A stretch of 64,000 bases of DNA from Alphaproteobacteria bacterium (GTDB lineage Bacteria > Pseudomonadota > Alphaproteobacteria > UBA8366). The stretch spans positions 5,568,656-5,632,655 of the forward strand of contig OZ245851.1 of NCBI GenBank assembly GCA_965228975.1, written 5' to 3'. The notes beneath the pieces were generated by a model. It did not search any database and had not been told where the DNA came from. It worked only from the letters and a program-made list of their open reading frames with translations. A program made the translations under genes and the position numbers. How positions within the stretch are numbered: position 1 is the first letter of the stretch; every line of letters begins with the position of its first letter. Below, piece by piece: positions 41,727 through 51,727 of this stretch.

Positions 41727-42578
41727 TTACATGTAATACGGCATGCCCGGCGATGTCGGGTGACGCAGTTCCTTGTAGATTGTCGATAGCGCGGAAACGC
41801 CGATCGCGATGACGATGTAGTTCGCGAGGTTGAGCGCCAAGGACGCGATCAAACGGAAGGTCAGCGTGTCGCCCATCCCCAACGACTGGGCGGCAAACTT
41901 GATCACCATATCCACGAAGAAGAAGAACAGGATGCCGGGCGCGCTCGCCAGCAGCACGACGGCGAATATCCGCCAGGTATTGCCGCGCGCCAGAACCCAC
42001 GTCTCCATCAGGGTCAAATTATCGTCGACGGCCGCCGCGGGCAGCCACAAGGCCAACCGGCTGTTCATCAGCAGGACCACGACAACGATGATGAGCGTGC
42101 CGATGGCGCCGAGGACCGCCGGGATGGCCTTGCCCTCCGCGCCGGTCCCGATGGTGCCCACCATGCCGACGCCACCGCCCAAGATCGCAACGAAAACGCC
42201 GGCGGTAATGGCGACACCCACAAGGATGGCGCCGATGATCAGCGATCGGATCGTGAACTGGGTCTTTCGTTTGTCCCAGCGCAGCGCCGTCCAGATCGTC
42301 GTCTGTTCCTCGGGCTTCAGACAGCGCCGATGCCATGCAACGGCGAACATGACATAAAAGATGAACGAGACCCCGATCAGCAGCGCGGTGGAGATCGTGG
42401 CGGCGGTCTGCATCTCGGTGGCGGGTGCTTCCGGTTTGGGGACCAGCGCGGTGGCCGCCGTGTTGATGACGGATAGCGCGAGAACGGGCGCCGCGATCAT
42501 CCGGAACAGGTCCAGCCGATTGGTCCAGAGGAAGCCGAGCACCTCCAGGATCAAATCCCGAATGGCAAGTTTTTTCAT
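41727..42578 (-). CDS. Hypothetical integral membrane protein
   Basis: About six TM segments; FAVAWHR and WVLARGNTWRI motifs; GGAG upstream. Confidence 0.75.
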   Translation of the reverse strand: MKKLAIRDLILEVLGFLWTNRLDLFRMIAAPVLALSVINTAATALVPKPEAPATEMQTAATISTALLIGVSFIFYVMFAVAWHRRCLKPEEQTTIWTALRWDKRKTQFTIRSLIIGAILVGVAITAGVFVAILGGGVGMVGTIGTGAEGKAIPAVLGAIGTLIIVVVVLLMNSRLALWLPAAAVDDNLTLMETWVLARGNTWRIFAVVLLASAPGILFFFFVDMVIKFAAQSLGMGDTLTFRLIASLALNLANYIVIAIGVSALSTIYKELRHPTSPGMPYYM

Positions 42579-42583
42579 TCGAG

Positions 42584-43513
42584 TCAGGTCTCCTTCGCCG
42601 TCGGTCGTTGCGGTGTCGCTTTGTCGCCTGTTGGAACTTCCTCGGTTTCCAGGGCCGTTGCAAGCCGGCTTTGCGCGCTGCCGGGCCGTAACGGCTTCTG
42701 CTGCGACGGATGCGGCGCCCATCCGTGCAGGAAGATAACGTTGAATGTGGCGTCAATACGGCCGTCCGGTGCGGCGTGGTTCGATTGATACCGCTCGGCT
42801 GCCTTAAGAAACACGGCTCGGCCGGTGAAATTGCTTTGCCGTTCGCGAATCGCGTTTCCTTCCCCCATACCGCGCAGGTCGGCGAAAAGCCGGAACGCGT
42901 TTTCATACGTGACGGTGATCGTGTCGCGGTCGGCGACGGGGAGGGTAAACCCGGCACGTTGCAGCAATCCGGCGGCGTCGCGTAGATCCGGAAACGGCGA
43001 TATGCGGGGGCTGACGCCGCCGGCGATTTCACTTTCCGCTTCCATCAGACAATTCCGCAGTTCCACCAAGGTCCCGCCGCCGAACATCGCGGCAAGGAAC
43101 AAACCGTCCGGTTTCAACGTCTGGCGAATTTGCAGCAGGCAGCCGGGCAGGTCGTTCACCCAGTGCAGCGAGAGATTGCTGAGCACGAGGTCGAAACTCT
43201 CCGGAGCGAAGGGCAGGGCTTCTTCGTCCGCGGCAATGGCATATCCGCCGGCGCGCCGCGCCATCTCCGGCGCTAGGTCGCATTGGATCAAAGTTTCGAT
43301 GCCGCCATGTCGCCCGAGCACTCGGCCCATTTGGCCGGTGTGGCATCCGAGATCGAGTGCATGCGGGAAGGTCCGGCTGATGTCCTGAAGCCGATCGGTC
43401 AGACGCTCCGCGACATTGCACAATAGGAAATCATGCGCGGAAAGGCCGTCGGCGGCACGGGCACGATGTCGCCGGACGGCATGGCGGTCGAAAACGCGCA
43501 TCGGCTCATCCAT
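42584..43513 (-). CDS. SAM-dependent methyltransferase (BioC/NDUFAF5-like)
   Basis: LDLGCHTG, LHWVNDLPG, LKPDG, LQRAGFTLPVAD and QQKPLRPGSA motifs; divergent from comF. Confidence 0.9.
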   Translation of the reverse strand: MDEPMRVFDRHAVRRHRARAADGLSAHDFLLCNVAERLTDRLQDISRTFPHALDLGCHTGQMGRVLGRHGGIETLIQCDLAPEMARRAGGYAIAADEEALPFAPESFDLVLSNLSLHWVNDLPGCLLQIRQTLKPDGLFLAAMFGGGTLVELRNCLMEAESEIAGGVSPRISPFPDLRDAAGLLQRAGFTLPVADRDTITVTYENAFRLFADLRGMGEGNAIRERQSNFTGRAVFLKAAERYQSNHAAPDGRIDATFNVIFLHGWAPHPSQQKPLRPGSAQSRLATALETEEVPTGDKATPQRPTAKET

Positions 43514-43631
43514 GGCCGGAATATGGGGTCGGCCGGCGACGCGTGCAATTGAAAGCTGGTTGTCGGGCGATGGCGGTGGCCATAGAGTTTTGCTGAGGGT
43601 GAAATTCCGGCTGCGGGGTCAAACCGGCGAC

Positions 43632-44387
43632 ATGTCGTTCATCATCGAGCCTTTCACGACGATGCAGCGTGGGACGCGGGCCGCGTTGAACTTCCTGCTG
43701 CCGCCGCGATGCCTGTCTTGTCGCGGCCGGGTCGAGGACCAAGGCACGCTATGCGCCGCGTGCTGGAAGGGCCTCACGCTGCTCGGGGAACCGTGCTGCC
43801 ATCGCTGCGGCTATCCCTTTCCGTATCGCATGCCGGAGGACAGTTTATGCCCGTCCTGTATCCGCCGGTTACCGGCGTTCGACCGGGCGCGGGCCGTTTT
43901 TCGCTATGACGATGCGAGCCGCGCCTTGATCCTGGCCTTCAAGCATGCGGATGAAATCCATGGCGCGCCGGTGTATGGCCAATGGCTCGCGCGGGCGGGT
44001 GCGGGCCTGCTCGCAGAGGCGGACCTGATCGCGCCGGTGCCGCTGCATCCCCGTCGGTTGCTGCGGCGGCGCTATAACCAGGCCGGGTTGTTGGCGCAGG
44101 CGGCGGGACGGCGCACCGGCAAACCGGTGGCGGTGGATCTGTTGCGCCGCCGGCGGCATACCGCATCGCAGGCGCAGAAGTCGCCGTCGGCCCGGCGGCG
44201 AAATGTGCAGGGCGCGTTTGCGGTCCGCCAGCAATGGACGGATCGGGTACAAGGGCGGCGGGTCGTTCTGGTAGACGATGTGCTGACCACGGGGGCGACG
44301 GTCGAGGAGTGCGCGCGGGTATTGCGACGGGCCGGCGCAGGGGCGGTGGACGTCCTGACGCTGGCACGCGTGATCCGGACGGATTAG
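43632..44387 (+). CDS. comF: ComF family protein
   Basis: N-terminal CxxC pairs, PVPLH, RRYNQ and LVDDVLTTGAT motifs. Confidence 0.92.
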   Translation: MSFIIEPFTTMQRGTRAALNFLLPPRCLSCRGRVEDQGTLCAACWKGLTLLGEPCCHRCGYPFPYRMPEDSLCPSCIRRLPAFDRARAVFRYDDASRALILAFKHADEIHGAPVYGQWLARAGAGLLAEADLIAPVPLHPRRLLRRRYNQAGLLAQAAGRRTGKPVAVDLLRRRRHTASQAQKSPSARRRNVQGAFAVRQQWTDRVQGRRVVLVDDVLTTGATVEECARVLRRAGAGAVDVLTLARVIRTD

Positions 44388-44479
44388 GCGGATTTCGCGC
44401 CATGTCGCAGAAAAGGGATTGCTCTTCTTTCGCGGCGCCGTATGTATTTGGGCATCTGGCGCAAATCTAAGAACAGGCC

Positions 44480-44737
44480 ATGGCAAAGATCGAAATCTAT
44501 ACGAGCCCTTTTTGCGGCTTCTGCTTCCGGGCGAAGAATTTGCTGAATTCCAAGGGCGTGGAGTATGTCGAACACGATGTCTTCATGAACGGTAAGTTGA
44601 AGAAGACGATGATAGACCGGGCTGGCGGCCGGACCTCGGTGCCGCAGATCTTCATCGACGACCGGCATATCGGCGGCAGCGACGAACTCCACGCACTTGA
44701 TGCCGACGGCGGGCTGGACTCGTTGCTGGAGGGCTGA
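44480..44737 (+). CDS. grxC: Glutaredoxin 3
   Basis: CGFC, SVPQIFI and IGGSDEL motifs. Confidence 0.93.
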   Translation: MAKIEIYTSPFCGFCFRAKNLLNSKGVEYVEHDVFMNGKLKKTMIDRAGGRTSVPQIFIDDRHIGGSDELHALDADGGLDSLLEG

Positions 44738-44738
44738 C

Positions 44739-45578
44739 GTGGCCGATGCCCTGAAAGTCGCCTGTGTCCAACTGACCGCGACGTCCGACGTCGAGACGAA
44801 TATCGCGCTGTCGACCGATGCGATCCGTGCGGCGCATGACACCGGCGCGGGTCTGATCACGCTGCCCGAGGTGGTCAACCTGGTGCAGCAGCGAGGTAAC
44901 CTGGCCATCGACGCGGCGGCGACCGAGGATAGCGATCCGGCGCTGGCGGCCTATCGTGCGCTGGCAGCCGAGCTCGGCGTCTGGCTGTTGGTCGGCTCGC
45001 TGGCGATCAAGCTGGAGGGCGACGACCGGCTCGCCAACCGCTCTTACCTCCTGAATGCCTCTGGCGATATCGTCGCCTGGTACGACAAGGTCCATATGTT
45101 CGACGTCAATCTGGCGAACGGCCGGACCTTCAAGGAATCGGAAACCTACCGTCCCGGCGACCGCGCCGTGGTGGCCAGTACGCCGTGGGGATTGCTCGGT
45201 ATGACCGTATGTTACGATATCCGGTTTCCGTATCTTTATCGCCGTCTGGCGCATGCGGGCGCCCGTATGTTGGCGGTGCCGTCCGCCTTCAACCGGCGCA
45301 CGGGCGAGGCCCATTGGCATGTCCTGATGCGGTCGCGCGCGATCGAAACCGGTTGCTACGTGATCGCACCGGCGCAATGCGGCGACCATGACGACGGCCG
45401 CAAGACTTATGGGCATTCGTTGATCGTGGCGCCCTGGGGCGAGGTGCTCGCCGACGGGGGTACCGAACCGGGAATCGTTACGGCGGAGCTTGATTTCGGC
45501 GCGGTGGACAAGGCGCGGTCGATGATCCCGTCGCTGGAACACGACCGAAATATCACCGTCGACGCGCCGAATTCCTGA
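44739..45578 (+). CDS. Carbon-nitrogen hydrolase (Nit1/deaminated glutathione amidase-like)
   Basis: LPE, YDKVHMFD, VCYDIRFP, RAIETGCY and YGHS motifs. Confidence 0.92.
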   Translation: MADALKVACVQLTATSDVETNIALSTDAIRAAHDTGAGLITLPEVVNLVQQRGNLAIDAAATEDSDPALAAYRALAAELGVWLLVGSLAIKLEGDDRLANRSYLLNASGDIVAWYDKVHMFDVNLANGRTFKESETYRPGDRAVVASTPWGLLGMTVCYDIRFPYLYRRLAHAGARMLAVPSAFNRRTGEAHWHVLMRSRAIETGCYVIAPAQCGDHDDGRKTYGHSLIVAPWGEVLADGGTEPGIVTAELDFGAVDKARSMIPSLEHDRNITVDAPNS

Positions 45579-45587
45579 AACGGGCCC

Positions 45588-46136
45588 CTAGCCCGTTCGG
45601 GTGTTCCGGGCCGCGATGTGCTGGATCACGGCCGGTTTGGGCGTCTTGGTCTCAACCTGTTCGAAATCCAACACCTCAAGCTTGCCGTCGACCGCATCGC
45701 GCAATTCATCGGGCTGCAGCAGGTAATCCGGATTGCTTGGTTTCCCGAAGGCTTCGTTGCCGGCCGCGAAGGTCTCGTAGATGAGCAGGCCCCCGGGCGC
45801 GACGAGGTCGATGATTTTGGGCAGGATCGGCCGCCATAGATAGTTCGTCACGATGACGCCGGCATAGGCATGTCCCGCGAAAGGCCAGAAACCCTCGGTT
45901 TCGAGATCTGTTTCGATGATCGCGACGTCGCTGCGCCCGCCGAGATCGTCGAGGCTTTCGGTATCGACATCGACAAATGTCACCGGATGGCCGTTTGCCA
46001 GGAAAAGCCGGCCGTGACGGCCAGACCCGCAGGCAATATCGATCACCTCCCCTCCGGCCGGAACTTGCCCGGAAAATCGCACAACCCAAGGGGAAGGCTC
46101 GGATTGGCCGTGGGTCGGTTCGGGGCGATCGGTCAT
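45588..46136 (-). CDS. Class I SAM-dependent methyltransferase
   Basis: IDIACGSGRH, VTNYLWRP and GGLLIYETF motifs. Confidence 0.88.
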   Translation of the reverse strand: MTDRPEPTHGQSEPSPWVVRFSGQVPAGGEVIDIACGSGRHGRLFLANGHPVTFVDVDTESLDDLGGRSDVAIIETDLETEGFWPFAGHAYAGVIVTNYLWRPILPKIIDLVAPGGLLIYETFAAGNEAFGKPSNPDYLLQPDELRDAVDGKLEVLDFEQVETKTPKPAVIQHIAARNTRTG

Positions 46137-46234
46137 GGTTTGATATCCGGATATCTTGCGAAAGAGGGATTACGACACAATTTATAGGCTGAGGCGAATT
46201 TGAAATACGAGGCGAATTCTGGATATAAGGCGCT

Positions 46235-46657
46235 ATGATTTCGTTCAACCTTCGTTGCGATAACGACCATGTGTTCGAGGCATGGTTCAAGGACGGCAAG
46301 ACCTACGACCGCCAGGCCAAGCAGGGCAAGGTCGCGTGTCCTGTGTGCGGTGACGTAAAGGTCGCGAAGGCCCCCATGGCGCCCAACATCGCGAAAGGCG
46401 CATCGCGCGGCGTGGCCGGAAAGGCGCATGCGCAAGCGGCCGAGTTGCGCAAGACGTTGGAGAAGTTACAGAAGGAAGTCGCGGAAAATTGCGATTACGT
46501 GGGCGACAAGTTCGCCGACGAAGCACGCAAGATTCATTACGACGAAACGGAAAAACGCAACATTTACGGCGAGACCTCGGATGAAGAGGCGCAATCGCTG
46601 GAAGAAGAAGGCATCGAATTCGCGCGCATTCCCTGGTTGCCGCGCACCAACAGCTAA
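46235..46657 (+). CDS. DUF1178 family protein
   Basis: LRCDNDHVFEAWF, CPVCG, VGDKFADEARKIH and IYGE motifs. Confidence 0.92.
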   Translation: MISFNLRCDNDHVFEAWFKDGKTYDRQAKQGKVACPVCGDVKVAKAPMAPNIAKGASRGVAGKAHAQAAELRKTLEKLQKEVAENCDYVGDKFADEARKIHYDETEKRNIYGETSDEEAQSLEEEGIEFARIPWLPRTNS

Positions 46658-46819
46658 CGCCGTTCCAACGCCCGAATCGGCGATTCTTTGCACATAGCCG
46701 TAATGTTGCGGGTGTGCCCTGCCTGACGTACATGCGCGGGTCCGCTATCCTGCGGGCCCCGTTCCTAATTTAATTCTCCAAAAGGCCGGCGGGTCGCCGG
46801 CATCGCAGCGAGGTTTGTC

Positions 46820-48367
46820 GTGGCAGAAAAGAAAAATGTCCTTCTGATCGTGGTCGACCAATGGCGGGGCGATACCCTGTCCTATATCGGCCATCCGTCG
46901 GTCCAGACACCGCATCTCGACGCGCTGTGCCGGGACGGCACGGTTTTCCGCAACCACTACACGCAATGTGCGCCGTGTGGCCCGGCGCGCGCCTCCCTCC
47001 TGACCAGCCTTTACATGATGAACCATCGCGTCGTTCAAAACGGCATTCCGATGGATACCCGTCATGCCACCCTGCCGATGGAAATGCGTAAACATGGTTA
47101 CGACTCCGCGCTGGTCGGTTATACGACGACATCGCCCGATCCCCGCCTGACGCCATCCGACGACCCGCGCTACAAGTTCCGCGGCGCGTTGATGCCGGGC
47201 TGGACACCGATCGCACCGATGGACCCGGCGCGCCGGCCGTATTTTAACTGGCTGCGCCAGCACGGCATGGAACTGCCGGACCCGCCGGAGGATATCTGGC
47301 TGCCGGCCGAGGACCACGACGCGCCCGGCGGCGCCACGCGGGCGCCCTCCCGTATTTCGGCGGAGCTGTCGGACACGAGCTGGACGACCAAGCACGGCCT
47401 CGCCTATCTGCGCGGCGTCGAACGGCAGAACTGGTTCATGCATCTGGGCTACTTCCGGCCGCATCCCCCCTTCATCGCGCCGGCACCCTACAACGAGAGT
47501 CACGATCCCGACGATGCACCGAGCCCGGTCCGGGCAGCGACCCGCGAGGCGGAGGCGGAACAGCACCCGTTACTCGACCACTACATCCGGACCGAGAAGC
47601 AGTCGAAGTTCTTCCGCGACGGCACCGGTCTCGCCAGCGACATGAACGAGGAGGAGGTGCGGGTGATGCGCGCCGCCTATTACGGCCTGATGAAGGAGAT
47701 CGACGATCACATCGGCCGGATCGTCGCCTATCTGAAAGAAAGCGGACAGTACGACAACACGTTGATCGTCTTTACGTCGGACCATGCGGAGATGCTGGGC
47801 GACCACTATCTGCTGGGCAAGATCGGTTACTTCGATCAGTCCTTCCATATTCCGATGATCGTGCGCGACCCGTCGCCGGAAGCGGACTCCATGCGAGGTC
47901 AGATCGTCGATGCCTTCACCGAGACCGTCGACGTCATGCCGACGATCCTGGATTGGGTCGGCGGCGCGGTGCCGCACACCTGTGACGGCGCATCCTTGCT
48001 ACCGCTCTGCCGGGGACCGAAACCGGACGATTGGCGGGTTGAGGTGCATTTCGAGTTCGATTTCCGGCCCTATTTCAACAACGCGACCAATCCGCCGCCG
48101 TTTGGCTTGACACTCGACCAATGCGGCCTCTGCGTGATTCGGGATGAAAAGTACAAATATGTCCATTTCGAAGCATTGCCGCCGTTGTTGTTCGACATGG
48201 AAGCAGATCCCGGCCAGCTGGTGAACCTCGCGAAGGATCCGGCCAAAGCGCCGATCATGCTGGATTACGCGCAAAGAATGCTGTCCTGGCGCATGCGCAA
48301 CGCGGACCGGACACTGACAGGCTATTCGGCGACGCCGGACGGGCTGATCAATCGCCGCGAAACCTAG
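46820..48367 (+). CDS. Sulfatase-family hydrolase, phosphonate monoester hydrolase (PehA)-like
   Basis: NVLLIVVDQWRGD, CGPARASLLT (CxPxR), RPHPPF, TSDHAE and MLSWRM motifs. Confidence 0.85.
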   Translation: MAEKKNVLLIVVDQWRGDTLSYIGHPSVQTPHLDALCRDGTVFRNHYTQCAPCGPARASLLTSLYMMNHRVVQNGIPMDTRHATLPMEMRKHGYDSALVGYTTTSPDPRLTPSDDPRYKFRGALMPGWTPIAPMDPARRPYFNWLRQHGMELPDPPEDIWLPAEDHDAPGGATRAPSRISAELSDTSWTTKHGLAYLRGVERQNWFMHLGYFRPHPPFIAPAPYNESHDPDDAPSPVRAATREAEAEQHPLLDHYIRTEKQSKFFRDGTGLASDMNEEEVRVMRAAYYGLMKEIDDHIGRIVAYLKESGQYDNTLIVFTSDHAEMLGDHYLLGKIGYFDQSFHIPMIVRDPSPEADSMRGQIVDAFTETVDVMPTILDWVGGAVPHTCDGASLLPLCRGPKPDDWRVEVHFEFDFRPYFNNATNPPPFGLTLDQCGLCVIRDEKYKYVHFEALPPLLFDMEADPGQLVNLAKDPAKAPIMLDYAQRMLSWRMRNADRTLTGYSATPDGLINRRET

Positions 48368-48373
48368 CCCCGT

Positions 48374-49294
48374 TCAGGTATAGACAGGGGTGCGCCAGTC
48401 GGCGTGATCGGATGATACGCCGGTTACCGTGTCGAGATAGCTTTTTTGAAGCGCCCGGGTCACCGGTCCCACCGCGCCGTCACCGACCGGAATGCCGTCG
48501 AGGCTGATGATCGGCGTCACCTCCGCCAGCGTGCCGCACAGGAAGGCTTCGTCCGCGGCATACACCTCGGTGCGGTCGACATCGCGTTCCTGCGTCTCCA
48601 TGTCTTGCGTCTCGCGCAGCAGGTGCATCAGCGTGTCGCGTGTGATGCTCTCCAACAGGTCGTTCGACGGGGATGGGGTCACGGGACGCCCGCTCCGGAT
48701 CAGGAACAGCGTCGCGCCGGGTCCTTCGGACACCTTGCCGCGGCTGTTCAGGAAGATCGCCCGGTCGAAGCCGCCGGCGCGGGCCTCCAGCTCGGCCAAC
48801 CGGCCGTTCACGTAGTTGGCGTTGCATTTGATCCGGACCGGTAAAGCGTTGTCCGCCGTCCGCGCCCAGGAACTGGTGCCGGCGGTTAGGCCGCTGCGCA
48901 TGAACGGGTGCGGCGGGCACGGTCCGCCCATCGCATAGACACCGACCGGGCCGTTGTCCGTACGCGCACCGTCGGCATCGTCGAGCACGGCCATGATGCG
49001 CATCTGGATCGTCGTCTTGAAGTCGTTGGCCCGGATCATGTCGAGGACGCAGGCCTCCAGTTGCTCGATCGAATACGTGTCGTCCAACCGCAGCAGCTTC
49101 ATCGATTGCTTGAGGCGCGCGAGATGTTCGCGCAGCCGGAATACGTAAAGCTGCTCGTCATCCGCGTTCCAATACCCGCGAATACCTTCGAAGACGCCGA
49201 TTCCGTATTTCGCGGCCGGCGACGCGATGTTGATTTTCGCCTCGGCGCTGGGAATAACCTTACCGTTGACGGTCATGTAGGTCGTGTCGCTCAT
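48374..49294 (-). CDS. Class IV (branched-chain-type) aminotransferase
   Basis: GVFEGIR, HLARL, IKCNANY, SEGPG, LESITR and GTLAEV motifs. Confidence 0.9.
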   Translation of the reverse strand: MSDTTYMTVNGKVIPSAEAKINIASPAAKYGIGVFEGIRGYWNADDEQLYVFRLREHLARLKQSMKLLRLDDTYSIEQLEACVLDMIRANDFKTTIQMRIMAVLDDADGARTDNGPVGVYAMGGPCPPHPFMRSGLTAGTSSWARTADNALPVRIKCNANYVNGRLAELEARAGGFDRAIFLNSRGKVSEGPGATLFLIRSGRPVTPSPSNDLLESITRDTLMHLLRETQDMETQERDVDRTEVYAADEAFLCGTLAEVTPIISLDGIPVGDGAVGPVTRALQKSYLDTVTGVSSDHADWRTPVYT

Positions 49295-49415
49295 GGAAAG
49301 TTCCCTCGGTCGCGTTTTTCGGATTTGTCGCCTGCGGTAGGGGCGCGTGATTTGGCGTTTCCCCGAAAGGTCTGACAAGATTGGGGCAGGCGATAGTTTA
49401 GGAAGGAATCAGGTC

Positions 49416-49847
49416 ATGGGTAAACTTCGGCACATCGCATTGAGCGTTCGCGATCTGGAAGAGGCGGCGAACTTCTATGAAAAGGCTTTCGGCATGGAGC
49501 GGGTACGCCAGTCCGACGTCGCGGTCATGATGTCCGATGGCGTGGTCAGCCTCGCCCTACTGCACCTGCGGTCTAACGACAACGCACCCGACGAGCGCGG
49601 GTCCGATTTCATCGGCATTCATCATCTTGGCTTCCTCGTCGACGACATGGACGAGGCCTGCGCCTCGATCGAGGAGGCCGGCGGCTATTACCACGGTCAG
49701 GTCAAGAATGTCGGCGCCGGCCCGAAGCATGAGCGGAAATACCGCGACCCCAACGGTGTCGTCTTCGATGTGGCGACGAAGGACCATGCGCAATCGTCTT
49801 GGCGTCTTGAGGTCGACGCGTCGACCAATATCGGAAACGGGGACTAG
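49416..49847 (+). CDS. VOC family protein
   Basis: LRHIALSV, GIHHLGF and RDPNGVVFD motifs; GGAAGGA upstream. Confidence 0.9.
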   Translation: MGKLRHIALSVRDLEEAANFYEKAFGMERVRQSDVAVMMSDGVVSLALLHLRSNDNAPDERGSDFIGIHHLGFLVDDMDEACASIEEAGGYYHGQVKNVGAGPKHERKYRDPNGVVFDVATKDHAQSSWRLEVDASTNIGNGD

Positions 49848-49849
49848 GC

Positions 49850-50812
49850 TCAGTTCTTTTCCGGCGTCAGGATTCGGACCGGCTTGCCGTCGAGCCAGGC
49901 CTTGATGTCCTCCAGTGCGCCGCCGTACCACAGATCGTAATTCTCGCGAGTGAACCCGCCGATATGCGGCGTGATGATGCTGTTGGGCAGCGTCCGCAAC
50001 GGATCGCCCTGCGGTAGCGGCTCGGTGCCGAACACATCGAGGCCCGCGCCGGCAATGACGCTATTCTGCACGGCGCGCACCAGGGCTTCCTCGTCGACGA
50101 TCGGGCCTCGCGCCGTGTTGACCAGATACGCGGTCGGCTTCATGCGCGCCAGATCTTCCTCTCCGACCAGACCTCGGCTGCGGTCGCTCAGCACGACATG
50201 GACGGAGACGTAATCGGACCGAGTGAAAAGTTCGTCCTTTTCGACGCGACGGGCGCCGACCTCCTGCGCGCGTTCGTCGGTGAGATTGGGACTCCAGGCG
50301 ATGACCTCCATGTCGAACATCTTGCCGATCTGCGCCACCTTCGAGCCGAGTTTGCCGAGACCGATGACGCCGAGCACCTTGCCGGCCAGGCCGTCGGCGA
50401 CCGTGACGCCCCAGTGACCCTCGCGGGTGCCGAGGTCTTCCGTCGGAATGCGCTTCGCCAATCCCAGGATGAGACCCCAGGTCAGTTCGGCCGTCGGCGT
50501 GTGCCCCAACTCGGTATGGCAGACCAGCACGTCATGGTCGGCGCAGGCCGCGAGGTCGATCGATTTGTTGCGCCCGCTGGTCGTGATCAGCAGTTTCAGG
50601 TTGGGCAGGGTTTCGATCAGCGCGCGGGGAAACGGCGTCCGTTCGCGCATGATGACCAGGACGTCATAGGGATGCAGCCGGTCGGTCAAAGCCGCTTGAT
50701 CGGTCAGATGGTCCTGGTAGGCATCGACCGAACACGCCGCCGGGAGTGAGTCCCAGTCCGCCGATTTGAGCGCGACGTTCTGATAGTCGTCCAGGAGGGC
50801 GATCCGGGTCAT
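49850..50812 (-). CDS. D-2-hydroxyacid dehydrogenase family protein
   Basis: MRERT, GLGKLG, NTARGPIVDE, DVFGTEP and TPHIG motifs. Confidence 0.92.
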   Translation of the reverse strand: MTRIALLDDYQNVALKSADWDSLPAACSVDAYQDHLTDQAALTDRLHPYDVLVIMRERTPFPRALIETLPNLKLLITTSGRNKSIDLAACADHDVLVCHTELGHTPTAELTWGLILGLAKRIPTEDLGTREGHWGVTVADGLAGKVLGVIGLGKLGSKVAQIGKMFDMEVIAWSPNLTDERAQEVGARRVEKDELFTRSDYVSVHVVLSDRSRGLVGEEDLARMKPTAYLVNTARGPIVDEEALVRAVQNSVIAGAGLDVFGTEPLPQGDPLRTLPNSIITPHIGGFTRENYDLWYGGALEDIKAWLDGKPVRILTPEKN

Positions 50813-50825
50813 TTTGAGCTCCCTG

Positions 50826-51596
50826 TCATGTCGATTCGGGTTTTTCGGCGATCGCGATGTAGTTCACGTCGAGGTCGCGGGGCGACAGCGACCATTGGTC
50901 CTTGAGCAGGTTGAAGATGACGCCGGTCACGTCGGTCATCGCCATACCCGATTGCCGCAGCGGCGCGGCAAGTTCCGACGGCCGCACGAAGCGGCGCCAT
51001 TCATGGGTTCCGCGCGGCAGCCAGCGCATCACGTATTCCGCACCGACGATGGCGAACAGATAGGATTTCGGCGTCCGGTTCAACGTCGCGAGAAACATCA
51101 GGCCGCCCGGCCGGACCAATTGCGCGCAGTCGGCGATGAAAGCGTCCCGATCGGCGACATGCTCGATCACCTCCATATTGAGGACGACGTCGAACGTGCG
51201 GCCTTCATTGGCGACGTCGGACGCGGTCGCGAAACGATAGTCGATTGACAACCCCATCTGTTTGGCGTGGACGCGCGCCACTTCGACGTTGCGTTCGGTC
51301 GCGTCGATCCCGGTGACCGACGCACCGAGGCGCGCCATCGGCTCTGCGAGCAGGCCGCCCCCGCATCCCACGTCGACCACGGACAATCCGTCAAGCGGCC
51401 GGGCGGACCGGGGGTCGCGGCCGAAATGCGCCGCGATGCGGTCGCGCAGTAGCTCCAGGCGGATCGGATTGAACTTGTGCAGCGGCCGGAACTTACCGTC
51501 CGGATCCCACCATTCTTCCGCGATGGCGGCGAATTTGGCCAATTCCGCATCGTCGACGGTGCGGTCCAACGCGCGGGGCGTTTGCTTTTCCATCAT
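50826..51596 (-). CDS. ubiG: Ubiquinone biosynthesis O-methyltransferase
   Basis: [25 protein letters not shown] and LPRGTH motifs. Confidence 0.95.
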   Translation of the reverse strand: MMEKQTPRALDRTVDDAELAKFAAIAEEWWDPDGKFRPLHKFNPIRLELLRDRIAAHFGRDPRSARPLDGLSVVDVGCGGGLLAEPMARLGASVTGIDATERNVEVARVHAKQMGLSIDYRFATASDVANEGRTFDVVLNMEVIEHVADRDAFIADCAQLVRPGGLMFLATLNRTPKSYLFAIVGAEYVMRWLPRGTHEWRRFVRPSELAAPLRQSGMAMTDVTGVIFNLLKDQWSLSPRDLDVNYIAIAEKPEST

Positions 51597-51727
51597 GGTA
51601 TTAGCCGGGTCCGTGCGGATGTGGGGGCCTTGCATGGCCGCTATGCAGAGAGTATGGATACGCCGCCTTCGCGGGGCAACCTCTGGCGCGGGCCAGAGGC
51701 GTTAATTTCCGCATTAGGGTCAGGATT

